A DNA stretch of 63,925 bases, counting the filler, from Atractiella rhizophila (lineage: Eukaryota), in the NCBI GenBank assembly GCA_021432655.1. It is 4 parts of 3 records of this genome, joined end to end, with 100 filler letters (N's around TTAATTAATTAA, not from the genome) between each part and the next. Parts side by side here need not be neighbours in the genome. Positions count along the whole stretch, not along the records: positions 24,798 to 50,894 come from MU271215.1; positions 50,995 to 62,544 come from MU271229.1; 2 more parts are not named here. One strand, 5' to 3'. This document shows, piece after piece, positions 39,978 to 52,286 of the stretch; within the stretch, counting starts at the first letter, position 1, and every line of letters starts with the position of its first letter. The position numbers and the translations under genes were made by a program. The notes under the pieces were generated by a model. It saw only the letters and a program-made list of their open reading frames with translations, did not search any database and was not told where the DNA came from.

Positions 39978-42900
39978 ATGTTGACACGACTTAAGGGGCA
40001 AAATCTGCTCCGCTCGTCTTCGAGACTCGTTATCAACAGGTCGCGTTCAACAGTCCACCGTCAAATTTTACGGACAGCTTACACCACCTCAAAGGGAACA
40101 ACGAGCCTTTTCGATCCGCTCGACCCCTTCCTTCCTCGCCATTTGGGCGCCGTTCCGCCTTCTTCCGCTTCAGAAACCGACGCTTTTCCTCGAGCTCATG
40201 AATCCGTCTCTTCCTCCCCTGTCGAGCACATGCTCAAGACCTTAAATTATCAGAGTCTAGACAGCTTCCTAGAGGATGTTATTCCAAAGGATATTAAATT
40301 TTCAGAGCAGGAAAGGAAGGAATGGGAGGACTTGATCGGGAAGCCGATGAGTGAGAGGAGGTTCTTGCAGTTAGCAAAAGAGAGAGCGGATGAAAATAAG
40401 GTATTCAAAAGCTGGATTGGGGGAGGCTATCAGAACACGAAAGTGCCTGGTGTGATTCTGAGAAACGTGAGTTTCCCATTTCATGACTAAACCTGGGCCG
40501 TATTGGAGGACAATAGTCTTGCTGCTCGCGCGTGGGGCTGTAACTACTTTGTGGAGAGATTTCTTGTCCATCTGTAGATGGTGGGCGTTAGCGCGCTTAA
40601 TGCACTCGTGTGCCATTATTTGCTCCTCCGAAGCAGATGGAGCAGGTGTGACTTTCGCAACTGCTCCTCGGCACGAAATGGGATGGAGTAAAAGCAGATA
40701 TTGCACGTCAGAAGAGTTTAGTAGATCATTAACTGAAGAAAACCGTAAACTACTTTCTTCAACTTATTGGCTCCCGTCCATCGTATCACTAGGGAGATAC
40801 TGACGAGATTTATGCCAGTTGCTGGAAAATCACGCATGGTACGATGGCGTTACTTGCTTTCTGACGCGTACCTGAGGAGTGGAACACTTACAGGTTCAGT
40901 TCTTACACGCCGTATCAACCTGAGATATCCCAAGGTTGGCACTCTGTTTGCTCGTCGATTGCATTACGAAGATGTCGTTTGCAGGTCGATTGGAATCTTT
41001 GATCAACTTTCAAACAGTTGCGACCTCGTTGACTGGTCTCGCCATTTCAAACGCGTCTTTGCTTGACGAATCTACAGCGGCTGGAGAAGCCATGCTCATG
41101 TGCTTCAACAATGCCCGAACAAAGAAGAAGACCTTCCTAGTAGACCATAACATCTGGCCACAAACGCTTGACCTTCTCAAAACTCGTGCTGGGCCATTCG
41201 GGATCAAGCTCGAAGTTATCGACGTCTCCAATGCGATATCCACCCTTCCTGAAGAAGTGAAGAAGGATGTCATGGGCGTTCTTGTTCAATACCCAGATTC
41301 TTTAGGTGAAGTCAAGGATTGGTCTTCTGTAGCTGCAGCAGTTCATGAACTGGGTGGTTTGGTGTGCTGCTCGACGGACCTTCTCGCTCTCACCGTTTTG
41401 AAGCCGCCAGCTGAATGGGGTTGCGATATCGCATTTGGGAACTCGTCTACTTTCGGGGTTCCTCTTGGATATGGCGGCCCACACGCCGCGTTCTTTTCCT
41501 GTGCGGAGTCGCTCAAGCGAAAAATTCCAGGCCGTCTCATTGGGCTCTCGAAGGACGCGTTGGGTAAGCCAGCTTACCGTCTGGCCCTTCAGACTCGCGA
41601 GCAACATATCCGACGAGAAAAGGCGACGAGTAATATTTGTACCGCTCAGGCACTCCTCGCCAATATGACAGCCATGTACGCAGTGTGGTACGGGCCGGAA
41701 GGATTGAGGAGGATGGCCGAGAAGGTTCATGGCTTAGCGAGGGTGCTCAAATCTGGCCTAGAGTCCTTAGGCGACAATTTCAAAGTTTGCAACTCCAATT
41801 TCTTCAACACCATAGTCGTCGACGTTTCCAGCGTCGGGGCGTCAGCCGTGCACAAGAGAAGCGAAGAGTCTGGGATAAATCTAGGCCGGCCGTGGGGGAA
41901 AGAAGAGACAATCTCGATATCTGTAGACGAGACAGCGGATTTGAGCAACATTACCGCGCTCCTCAACGTTTTCGCCAGCTTCAAGGATAAGAAGTTCGAG
42001 CGGCGAGAAGTTGTTGACCTCGCAATCGAACAAGGTATCACTGGTTTCAATCCCATCGATAAACCGGTGGAGACGCCTTCGATACCATCTAACCTAATCC
42101 GAACCTCTCCGTTTTTGCAGCAGCAAGTCTTCAACTCCCATCACTCCGAGACCGAATTCCTTCGATACATGCATATGCTTCAGAACAAAGATCTTAGCTT
42201 GGTGGATGCCATGATTCCATTGGGGAGTTGCACAATGAAGCTTAACAGCACCACATCAATGTTACCACTTAGCTGGCCAGGTTTCTCAGACATGCATCCT
42301 TTTGCCCCGTTGGACCAAACCATAGGCTACCAGAAAATGATACAAGTGGGCCCTTAACACTTCCAAGCATTCAAATTGTTTGACACACAAGCAGGAAGTA
42401 GAGAAAGATCTTTGCACGCTCACCGGTCTCCCCGCTGTTTCCTTGCAACCGAATTCGGGAGCAGCAGGAGAGTATGCTGGGCTTTCGGTTATCAGAGCGT
42501 ATCATCACTCTCGCGGAGATGTACACAGGGATGTATGCCTCGTTCCTGTCAGCGCACACGGGACGAATCCAGCTGCAAGTATTCCTCTTCTTGCATTGGC
42601 GCCATTTTTACTTGTGGTTTAGAGCGCTATCATGGCAGGAATGAAAGTAGTTGCTGTTAAGGCTCTACCAAATGGCTACCTTGATCTCGCAGATCTGAGG
42701 GAAAAGGCTGAGAAATACAAGGATACCTTGGCAGCCTTCATGGTATGCGTTCTACAGGAACCTTGATTGTTTATCTAAATCCTTTAGGTAACTTACCCAA
42801 ACACGTTCGGAGTCTTCGAGACTGGTGTGAAGGATGCTTGTGATATCGTGCATCAGTATGGCGGGCAGGTCTACTTGGACGGTTAGCATCTACGCCGTTC

Positions 42901-44169
42901 AACTTCATGTATTGATGGTCTTACTCAGGAGCAAACATGAACGCGCAAATGGGCTTGACGAACCCCGGCAAGATCGGTGCTGATGTGTGTCATTTGAACT
43001 TGCACAAGACTCTGTCAATGTGAGCTTTCCTTTTCGCGATTAGATCTTCTCTCATAGTGGCGCCTAGCCCGCACGGTGAGTATTACTTCGAAAGTCAGCA
43101 AGGGCTCTCTGACCCGCACTCTTTCTCAAGGTGGAGGCGGACCTGGTCAAGGGTACGGACTGCTGTCACCTCTTCTCAATTCTGATAAAAGTGTAGACCG
43201 ATTTGCTGTGCCTCTCATCTTGCACCTTTTCTTCCAGGGCACCCGATTGTGAAGACAGGAGGTTCAGAAGCGATTACTTGTGTATCAGCTGCTCCTTGGG
43301 GGAGCGCGTCTATCCTTACGATTTCATGGGCGTTCATGAAGATGCTTGGTGGTTCAGGCCTTCGAAGCTCCTCTGAGATTGCTCTCTTGAATGCTAACTA
43401 CATGGCTGAGCGATTGAAGAACCATTACACCATTAAGTTCAAGAATGAGAAGGGGCGCTGCGCTCACGAATTCATCATTGACTTTGCAGACTTGGAAAAG
43501 TCAACTGGTTTGAAGGTGATGGACTTCGCCAAACGTCTCCAGGTAAGTTTAGCTCTCATTGTATGAAAGAAAGGCTAGAAGAAACACGTTTAGGACTATG
43601 GCTTCCATCCCCCAACTTGCTCTTGGCCGATCTCAACATGCATGCTGGTATGTGCTTCTTCACTTGATGTGAAGTGATTTTGATTTGATTGCAGATCGAA
43701 CCAACAGAATCCGAATCGCTTGAGGAGATTGATCGGTATGTCCCACCTGTATCAATAACAGAAGTTGACGGCGCAGTGCAGCTTCTGTAATGCCATGATC
43801 CGGATCCGGGAGGAGGCAGACGAAGTCGTTCGCGGGGAGCAACCGAAAGACAATAATATCATTAAGAATGCACCTCATCCGATTGCTGTCATTGCTTTGT
43901 CTGACCAGGAATGGAACCGGTACGTGGCCATCTTAATCCGGTCTCTTTCCAACAATGTTTCATAGACCTTATTCACGAGAACGTGCTGTCCATCCGGATC
44001 CTTCTCTTCGAAGGCGAAAGTATTGGCCAACCGTTGGCCGACTGGATGACGCTTATGGTGATACCAAACTGATTTGCGGTGAGTGCTTTTTCCTGTTGCC
44101 ACACGGATGTTAGATGACGAGGGTTGAAATGCAGAATGTCCAAGTGTGGAAGAAGTAGCAGAGCTATAA
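39978..44169 (+). CDS. GCV2: Glycine dehydrogenase (decarboxylating), glycine cleavage P protein, mitochondrial
   Basis: [103 protein letters not shown]; many short introns. Confidence 0.97.
40467..40818 (+). other. Long (352 nt) structured first intron of GCV2
   Basis: GTGAGT donor at 40467, TACTGAC branch point at 40798 and CCAG acceptor at 40818. Restores RN|LLENHAW. Several hairpins are visible by eye. Confidence 0.85.
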
Positions 44170-44517
44170 ACTCGTTCTAAAGTAGCCTCCTATCGTCGCT
44201 TTGATTCATCGTTTCCGCAAGCAGTTCCAACCACCAATCATAGAAAATTTGCATCTTGGGGGATTAGGATGTGATTTCAGTGAAGCAGTACTCAGTAACT
44301 TGTTATAAAACTTTTGGTTCAACCCACAGCATGAGTAAAATGTAATTTCAACATCATTTCCATCACCGAAAGAAATGAGTAGAACAACTAAAGACACCGC
44401 ATGCACAAATAATCTCTTTGTAACGGATTCTATCATCTTGAGCGAATGAAATGAATTAACCTAAACGAAGAACGAAGTTTGCTCGCTGATACTAGTTGAC
44501 AAATAATAATAACACTT

Positions 44518-46838
44518 TCAAGAGAGTGGAGGTTGTGGACGCCACTGTAAGCACGCATCAATTATGCTCCAACGATCAAGAGACGAGAAAATGTTGGCGT
44601 ACCGCTTCCTTCAAAAATTTTGCAATGGGGAAGCCCGTTCTCCGTTGTTGTTTAGGAGCGATTCGGCCTGCACGTATGATAAGAACAAACCCTCGATCAT
44701 ATCGACCGGGGAGGAAACTGACCTCCTGTAGTTCTCATTTCCTGGCACACAAAGGTCTCTGGCGCATGCCTCCATTCATCCAAAACATATCTTCCTCCCT
44801 CCTCTTTACTCGGTTCAACGTCTTCTCCACTTCCAAACAAGTCTCTCGCAAGTTCAGTATGTGAAACCCCGGCGTAAGTGGTGACGCAGCGGGGGTTGAT
44901 GAGAATTTTGGCAACTTGAAACTCGTCGTTGGATGCCTCTCGCGCTCTCTTCTTCAGCTCCTTCGCTTCCTCGTTCCCCACCACCTGAATCGATCGCTTT
45001 TCTTTCTCCTTCGCACCAGGTTGATTCGGTCGCTGCAAGGGGACTTTCTTCCCAGGAGCAGCACCTCCTACCTTCTCCTCAGCTTTTACAGCTGCCTTCT
45101 CTGCAGCTAAAGCATCTGCAGCTTCCCCTTTCACTTCGTTCTCGCCTGCAGGACCGCCAGGTCGCTCCTGCTGACCTTCATCGGTTTGACTCAAATCATC
45201 CTCAACAACTTCGTCGACTTTAACCATATGCTCCTGTGTTGCCTCTTCCAGCACAGGTTCCTCCACTGCAGGCGCTGCATTCTTGTCCTCCAGATCCTCC
45301 TCAGGTGCCGTATCAACAGGCTCCGTCTCAGTATCGAAGCCGTCCTCGACATTCACATAGTCCCCGGAATTGGTGAACTCTTTAGGAGTATTGGCGGTTG
45401 GCGGTTTATACGAGTTGAGAACGCCAGGTATAAGATCTTCGATTTCTTGCCCCAATCCACGTGGTTTCCCAGAGCGCTCTAGCTGGCTCGCCTTCCTTTC
45501 CAACTCCTTCACTCCTTCCCTAGCCTGATTCAACCAAATATCACGACAGAAATGCATTTGCGACGAATCCATACAAGGGCCTTCGGTCCATTTTGGCGTC
45601 TTTCCATCTGAAGCGGCGGAGACGTTAAAAACGGAGGAAACCGAGGAATGGTAGAAAATGTTTTGGTAGTACGTCTGGGACGGGTCAACAATATGTGTAC
45701 CCGATTCACAGCAGAAGACTTGGAAAGGAAGATGTTGAGAGTATCGAGAGGATGACACGGAGTCTCTGGGCGGTGCCTCTTCGTCTGGAGAGGTCGATTT
45801 GGAGCCTCGGAAAAGATTGCCCTCCATGTCTCGTGTTCGCCAGCGATCGTTGAAGATGAAGAAAGAGTTATGCTCCTTCCAGTCCATTCCGCACACCATG
45901 GCTGCTTTGTTCACTGTCCCTATTCGGAGAGTCTCGAGGATATCGTTGGGGCATGTGAAACCTTTGAGCCAGACGACTTGCTTGAAGGTCACCTTCCTCC
46001 GCTCCTGAAGCTCCATCAGTGGCTCAAGCGCAAGGTTGCGCGTGTAAGCTTCTTCGAGGGCGTAGTAGCTGGCCGTTGGGTCGTGCGTCATCGGAGGGAC
46101 TCTGCGTATGCGAAACGGGACACCTAGGAGAGTCAAAACGGCCTCTGTTAGGTCACAGAGGAAGGGAACTGAGTCCGTTGAAGCATAATCCACAATAGAG
46201 ACGAAGATGTGGGCTGGACCGAGGCGCTTCGCCATTTGAACAACCGTGGCAAGTTGGTCGATGAGGAAGTGGTCGGCAGAATGAACGACCATAGCGAAAT
46301 AATAGAGACTCATCCCCTTTGTGAGGTCCCCGTAATCGTCCTCCCTCTTGCTCATCCCAAAAGGCCTCGTCAAACTGCTGCACGCTGCACTCGCCCACCC
46401 GTTGAAGGAAAGAAGCTCTTCGAGCGAAGCCTTGACGACCTGCTCATCCAGGTGCAAGCTTTCGGAATTGGTTGCGAATGGGTGCTGGAAACGATTCCAG
46501 AAGTCTACCATGCCCGCTTTCATGTCGAGAGAGAAGAGCTCAGGATGGTCTGGCCAATCATCCCGACCCAGCCGCGACTGCAGGAAGGGATAGCGTCGTG
46601 TGTCGAGAATCTCGCCAACGAGAGGAGTCCCGAGCGTAATTCGTTCGAGCACTCCAGCGTGAGCAATCTCACCGGGAGGTGTCGACGTCTACATGGACCA
46701 TATCCTCAACCCTTCGCCTGAGAAGAAGAAAAGAAGACATACAGAACTGTCCATAAAGATCCATTTGATACCCATGAGCCCAATTAAGCCTAGGATTACC
46801 TTAGCTGCCAGTTTCTGGCGCTGTACGGAGAATGCCAT
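44518..46838 (-). CDS. CAP59: Cap59-type capsule protein (GT69, alpha-1,3-mannosyltransferase family)
   Basis: N-terminal TM; YTRNLALEPL; VVWLKGFTCPNDILETLR; MVCGMDWKEHNSFFIFNDRWRTRD; HLPFQVFCCESGTHIVDP; ILINPRCVTTYAG. Last exon uncertain (stop at 44576 or 44518). Confidence 0.85.
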
Positions 46839-47440
46839 GTTGTAATCCTTCCCTAAGAGCCAATATTCCACGTAATAGCTCTCTACAGCGCTGCTGAGTT
46901 TTCCTGTAGAGAGAAGACGTGCTGGTTGCTCAAGATGCGTGGAATTGATCGAACCATTCTAAGATTCCACAAAAACGTCCACCACGAACGACGACAGCAC
47001 AGGCACCTATTTTCCTCAGCCACTCAGATATCTGGTCGAAGGAGCCATCCTAGAGAGTATAGGACAATTTGGCTTTGAGGCAGCGAGGTAATTAGGACAG
47101 AGGTGAGCACCGTTGCTTTGAGACTGGGGTAGCCACGGAGTGTTATCCTCTACAAGGAAGCAAGCTTCAAGGGAAGCTGGTCTTATAACTTCTTCGTCCC
47201 TATAGAAGTCGAAGTGAAACAGTGGAGCAGGCACAGGGATGGTTAAGTAGCCGCTCGTGCTAAGTGAGCACCATTCTTGACGACCCTCGTCTCTGGCAAT
47301 ATTATTTAATTTAGCCCATTTTCCTGATAAAACCAAATTTGTTTGGATTGGCACGAATTCCGGAGTCGTTGTATTTCGTTGACGATTGTTCGTTGTCTTA
47401 CTGATTCTTTCTTTAGAGGGATTGGACAACCACATTCGAA

Positions 47441-49626
47441 ATGTCACAACGTGCGTACAGTCTTCCTCTCCTTGTCTCCACCTTCTCATCCGCGATATGA
47501 ACAGCCGAAATTCATCGTCGCCGCCTAGAGTCGATAGACCATGGCAATTCAGCCAGTGGCACATCGGGGCTACTTTCTCTTGCCTCTACCACGTCTCACC
47601 AATCACTTCCCCCCTCTCAGTCGCTGTCGAATACCCACCTCGCCGCCAACTTTCCCTCCTCTGTACCTTCCACCCCTAGCAAGCCCTTTCCGGGTCCATT
47701 TCCGTCTTCGTCTAATCCTGTTGGCCGCCTCCTGGGCTCTGGAGAGGGGCTAAGCAGCATTGGAGCTGGTGGTACGAAGAATGGGAAGAGCTTGAGAAAG
47801 CGACTTCTTGTCATCTTCGTCCCCATTCTTCTCGTTTTTTTCGTCTTCCAATTCATTATTTCTTCATCCGCTTCGTTGTCAAGTCGACGCACGGACTCTC
47901 ATCTTCGCACAAGCCGTCGACAACGTTCAGCTGCTTCTCCTGGTATGGGAGGAGGAGGATACGCGCCCGTAAACTTCTCTGATCCAGCGGTCACCACGCC
48001 TCCCTTCACGTTCTGCCCTTCGTATTCATCCACAGATGAGATTGGAAACATATATGGACCAGAAGCGATCTTTCGAACGAGAGCACATGTGGGAAGCACT
48101 GAGAGAGTGAAGAGGTTGATCAAGCGAGCGATGGGTGGTCTTCCAATTACGATTGGGATTCTCGGCGGTAGCGTCAGCGCTTGTCATGGACTCGATGCCA
48201 CGGTGGCGCATCCTTTGGGCAATCCGATTGGCCCCAACTGCTACCCCCATCGGCTGTTCACTTGGCTGAACGACGTGTTCCCCCATCCAGCAAACGAGCT
48301 GACGAACGGAGCATGTATGTTTCCCTTATATTCCACAGAATCTTCTGACGGCTGTTGCGACAGTGAGGAGGACCGGAACGTCTTATTTCGGTTTTTGCTC
48401 CGAAATGCACCTCCCTGATCGCGTCGACCTCATCATTGTCGAGTTCGACACAGAGGATCCTCATGATCCCACCACTCTCGCAACTACGGACTTGCTCATC
48501 CGCTCGCTCCTCCTTCGTCCCGATTCCCCAGCCGTCATCATGCTCGGTCATTTTAGCCCCCAAATCCAAGGAGAGCATGGTTTCGCTGGCCCTGAAACCT
48601 GGCATACTGCTGTTGCTCAGTTCTATGACATCCCACACTTGACGTACGTCTTTTCCCATCAATTGCTCGTGAGCGGAATGCTGACGTATGTGACAGCGTG
48701 AAAGGCTTTGTCTACGAAGAATATCTGCTCAATCCTCAAAAAGTCAGACACTCTTACTTTCTCGACCCAATGCTCGCAAACGCGAAAGGCCATGAGCTCC
48801 TAGCAGACACAATCATTGCCTTCCTCGAATCCGAAATCTGCTCTGTCTGGGAGAGCGCCGTCCTGGAAGCAGAATATGTTGTAGGAGGTCTTCAACTCGG
48901 CAATACGGACGATGGCGACTCCCCCTCACTACTAGGCGGGAAAGGGCTTCGAACGGGGCAGGACGCGGGACTGGACGCGGAAGATTCGGAGACGTCGCAG
49001 ACCGGCAAACTCTTCCAGTCCGCTTCCAAGCAAGGTATCCCTCCCTTCAGGATCACCGATCGTCCACATACCATCTCCAACTTCCGAGAAATTAAGCCCA
49101 ACTGTGCTTCCGCCAATGATCTCATTAATCCTCTCCCTCAGTCTGTCTTTGCTGGAAGCGGATGGAATCCTATTGTCCCTAAACCAGATGATGAGGATGA
49201 GAGGCACTACTGGTTCACTGAGGAGCCAGGAAGTCTTCTTAAAATTCCTATTAAGGCTGGTAGCGGCGATATTGCCGTTTATTATCTCAAAGGACCTGCA
49301 AGTCAAGGTTGGGGAACTGTGCTCTGTTGGGTAGATGACAATACTGGCGGTGCGGTTGAGTTGAGAGGCTCTTGGGATCGAGACTATAATCAACCAACGT
49401 AAACCTTTATATTCTTCCAAAGTAGAATAAGCTGACGAGGGTTCATTACTGGGGCAGTGTCACCCAAATTGATAGAGGCGTCAGCAAAGGGCCACACTAT
49501 GTCGTTTGCGAGTTACAAGGAGAGCCAGGGATCGATAAAGCCAAGTTCAAAATCTATGGTGTCTTGTGAGTCTCGCTATATCCCACTGCATTCCGCCAGT
49601 ATTAACAATCGAGCAGTGCCACCTAG
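47441..49626 (+). CDS. CAP64: Cap64/Cas3-family capsule-associated SGNH-like protein
   Basis: MSQ|PEIHRRR start; TM; RVKRLIKRAMGGLPITIGILGGSVSACHG; CYPHRLFTWLNDVFPHPANELTNGA; HLPDRVDLIIVEFD; CASANDLINPLP; CWVDDNTGG. Family assignment is firmer than orthology to CAP64 itself. Confidence 0.8.
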
Positions 49627-50327
49627 ACTCCGCAACGCCTTCGTATTTCAATTCCAACTAGAAAATTCGCATCCGCCATCCCTTTCGTTCACACATGGCA
49701 CTTTCATCCCCAATTCTTTCTGCCTGACAAGCTGGTGCTCTTTGTTTCTTTATTCGATCTGTTGGGATTTAATGTGCAGAGTTGCATTTCTATTAGCTTT
49801 CTGGTGTGCATGTTGTTACATCGGCGATAAAGCAATATCTAATCGTCTTCAAACCTTTCCCGTCGTCCTCTTAGATCATGTCTTGAGGAAACAAGGAATA
49901 CAGGAAAGAACCACGTTCCTTCTCACGGAAGGGAAAAGAGGCTAAGGTCTTGATCAGGCCATGTGCTGGTCACATGATCAATGAGCCAACAAAAAATCGG
50001 CAACCCTATTTCTATTTCTGACGTCTCTGCATATATTTCATATTTCTGCATATATTGGGAACTCTGGAACATTGAAACCTCAGTGGAACCTCAGGTTGCT
50101 GGACGATTCTTCAATCTGCTAGTAGGCATCCAGTAAGTAAGTCTCGCGGTCGCAATTCTCGTGCAACGTTGAGAACTTCTCTGCAAATATTGCACTAGCA
50201 ACTGTGAACTGCACTGACGGAACTTTAGCCCCTAGATCAGGTAAGACTTTCCAGTGAGAATAGTACTCTGAACATGTCTTTGGAATAGCTAAGAAGGACT
50301 ACTGGAGTCCAGACACTTGACGAAGCT

Positions 50328-50894
50328 ATGAAATTTGGGAAAGAATTGAAGGACCATGCCATCGACGAATGGAGACGCAAATATGTCAATGTGAGGTTCC
50401 CCTTCGTGATTCCATAGTGCTGACCTTGCCTGGTTATAGTACCGTCTGTTAAAGAAGTTGATCGGTGTTGCCCGTCGAGACCTGGAATTGCAAGAGGGGA
50501 CGGAAACTGCTACTGGTTCGAAGATTCGGGTGACGGACGCACGGCGTTTGGAAGCTGGCCAACAAGTTGGCGCTGATGAAGAAGAGAACCGACCCCGCCC
50601 CCTTCGCCGTCGCTCTACCAACGCTTCCCAACGAAAGCCGGATTCGAGTTCACAAATATCCATCCCAGATAGCCCCGACCAGGCCAAAGATGTTGATTTC
50701 GGACGGCCATCTGAAGAGACTTCGAGGAGCGGCATTGAGAATGCACGAGCTAGCTGGGGAAGCCAGTTTCCTTTGCAGCGTAAATCTTCGCTCCTACGTG
50801 GCTTTTCAACCTTTTCAAAGCTATCCTTTGGATCAAATCGAGGAGTAGAGGATGACGGGAGTGGGAGTGGGAGTAATTTTGCCATTGGGAAAGG
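50328..50894 (+). CDS. SPX-domain protein, 5' part (Syg1/XPR1-like; cut by spacer)
   Basis: MKFGKELKDHAIDEWRRKYVN|YRLLKKLIG is the SPX N-terminal signature (MKFG...EW...Y.NY..LKK). Confidence 0.85.
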
Positions 50895-50994
50895 NNNNNN
50901 NNNNNNNNNNNNNNNNNNNNNNNNNNNNNNNNNNNNNNTTAATTAATTAANNNNNNNNNNNNNNNNNNNNNNNNNNNNNNNNNNNNNNNNNNNN
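50895..50994. other. Artificial contig spacer
   Basis: N-TTAATTAATTAA-N, 100 nt. Confidence 0.97.
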
Positions 50995-51611
50995 TCTGCT
51001 TACGAGAGAAACAGATGGAATACATCCTCACTGAACTCCTCAAAAAGTGCGTCTCACTCATCTCCAGTCTCTCAACCGCAAGCATGCTAAAAGGAGTTTG
51101 GGTTGGGATCCAGTTCCTTTCGCGCCACGACAGAAACGCATCGCGTCCTCGGCTCCTTCTCCTCCGACCTCCCCCCGATACTCATAACCCTTTCTCGGTC
51201 GCCCTCCCTTCTCTCGATCCGCATCCGGGATCGAGGAGGGGGAATCAACCCTAAGAACCTAAAGGACGTGTTCGACTACGCATTCACCACCGTCCGACAC
51301 GGCCCGGATGAGCCTGAGGAAAGCGATATATACGCTGCAGTCTCCATGCCAGGAGGTGGAGCGGATATGTTTGGTGGGTTGACAAGCAGTGGGTTGAAGA
51401 CTGGATTGGGGACGATTGCTGGGTTGGGATATGGGTAGGCATTCTCATTATGGCCATTTTTTGGTCAATTGGAAAGTAACTAATGCATCGAATGGACAGT
51501 CTGCCGCTCGCTAGATTGTATGCGAGATATTTTGGAGGGAGTCTGGACATTGCGAGCGTTTGGGGACTCGGGACGGACGTTTTCGTCACATTGAGGACGG
51601 CGGATGAGTGA
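50995..51611 (+). CDS. Mitochondrial alpha-ketoacid dehydrogenase kinase (PDK/BCKDK family), 3' part
   Basis: EYILTELLKN|SFRAT; IRIRDRGGGI...VFDYAFTT; IAGLGYG|LPLARLYARYFGGSLD...GTDVFVTL. Confidence 0.9.
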
Positions 51612-51749
51612 TGAGGAATTACGCATTGTATTATATATCAATCTACTTTTCCAAGCACCTGTAGAGAGCAGCATTAGATCAACATACGAGTGAGAACAGG
51701 ATGGGATGAAGGAAGACTGACGAACTCATCACTGACTGCTGGAGGATAT

Positions 51750-52130
51750 CTAGAGGCCACCGGGTGGTTGCGCTTCTTGCATTTTTCGCCCTATGAGGTC
51801 GGAGGCGGCGAACCATTTGGCGACACACCTTCACCCGCACAAGAACACCATGTTGTCAACACTTGAATTTCATTCCACACATCCTCTCTCTGACGTCCCA
51901 ATGAATGGAACGGGAGAAAAAGCGTACCGGTCATTACAAACTCCCTCCGCCTTCTCCAGATCCCCTCCGGTGAACCGTGAAGAGGCCCCGATACACTTTG
52001 TCCAACAGGTCTCCGTCAGCCTTTTGAAGAGGTCGCTGACCATTTCGACCTCCATCTGGGCTGCGTGGAGGGCGTCGGATGTTTGGCCCGCTGGGGGAGC
52101 GGCAGAGGGTCCGCGGCCGAAAAGAGACAT
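51750..52130 (-). CDS. TIM10: Mitochondrial intermembrane-space chaperone Tim10
   Basis: AAQMEVEMVSDLFKRLTETCWTKCI...DLEKAEGVCNDR|CVAKWF twin CX3C motif. Confidence 0.93.
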
Positions 52131-52286
52131 GCTGCTAGAGTCGATGGAGAAGTCGAATGAGTCAAAAGAAGTCGTCTGGTCGTTTGAACAGTGTCAAGTT
52201 TCAAAATGTTGAAAAGGCGGAGCTGAGCGGAGGAGGAGCGAGCGACCAAAAACGACCAACAACGACCAACGACCACATCGCTCAGA

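Noticed and set aside
40550..40650. Canonical bacterial glycine riboswitch in the GCV2 intron
   Set aside because: GGAGAG, CCGAAG and CAGG are in the right order, but the ligand-binding CUCU/CUUU-CAGG strand and the P1 closure are missing. Kept only as a novel structured-RNA candidate.
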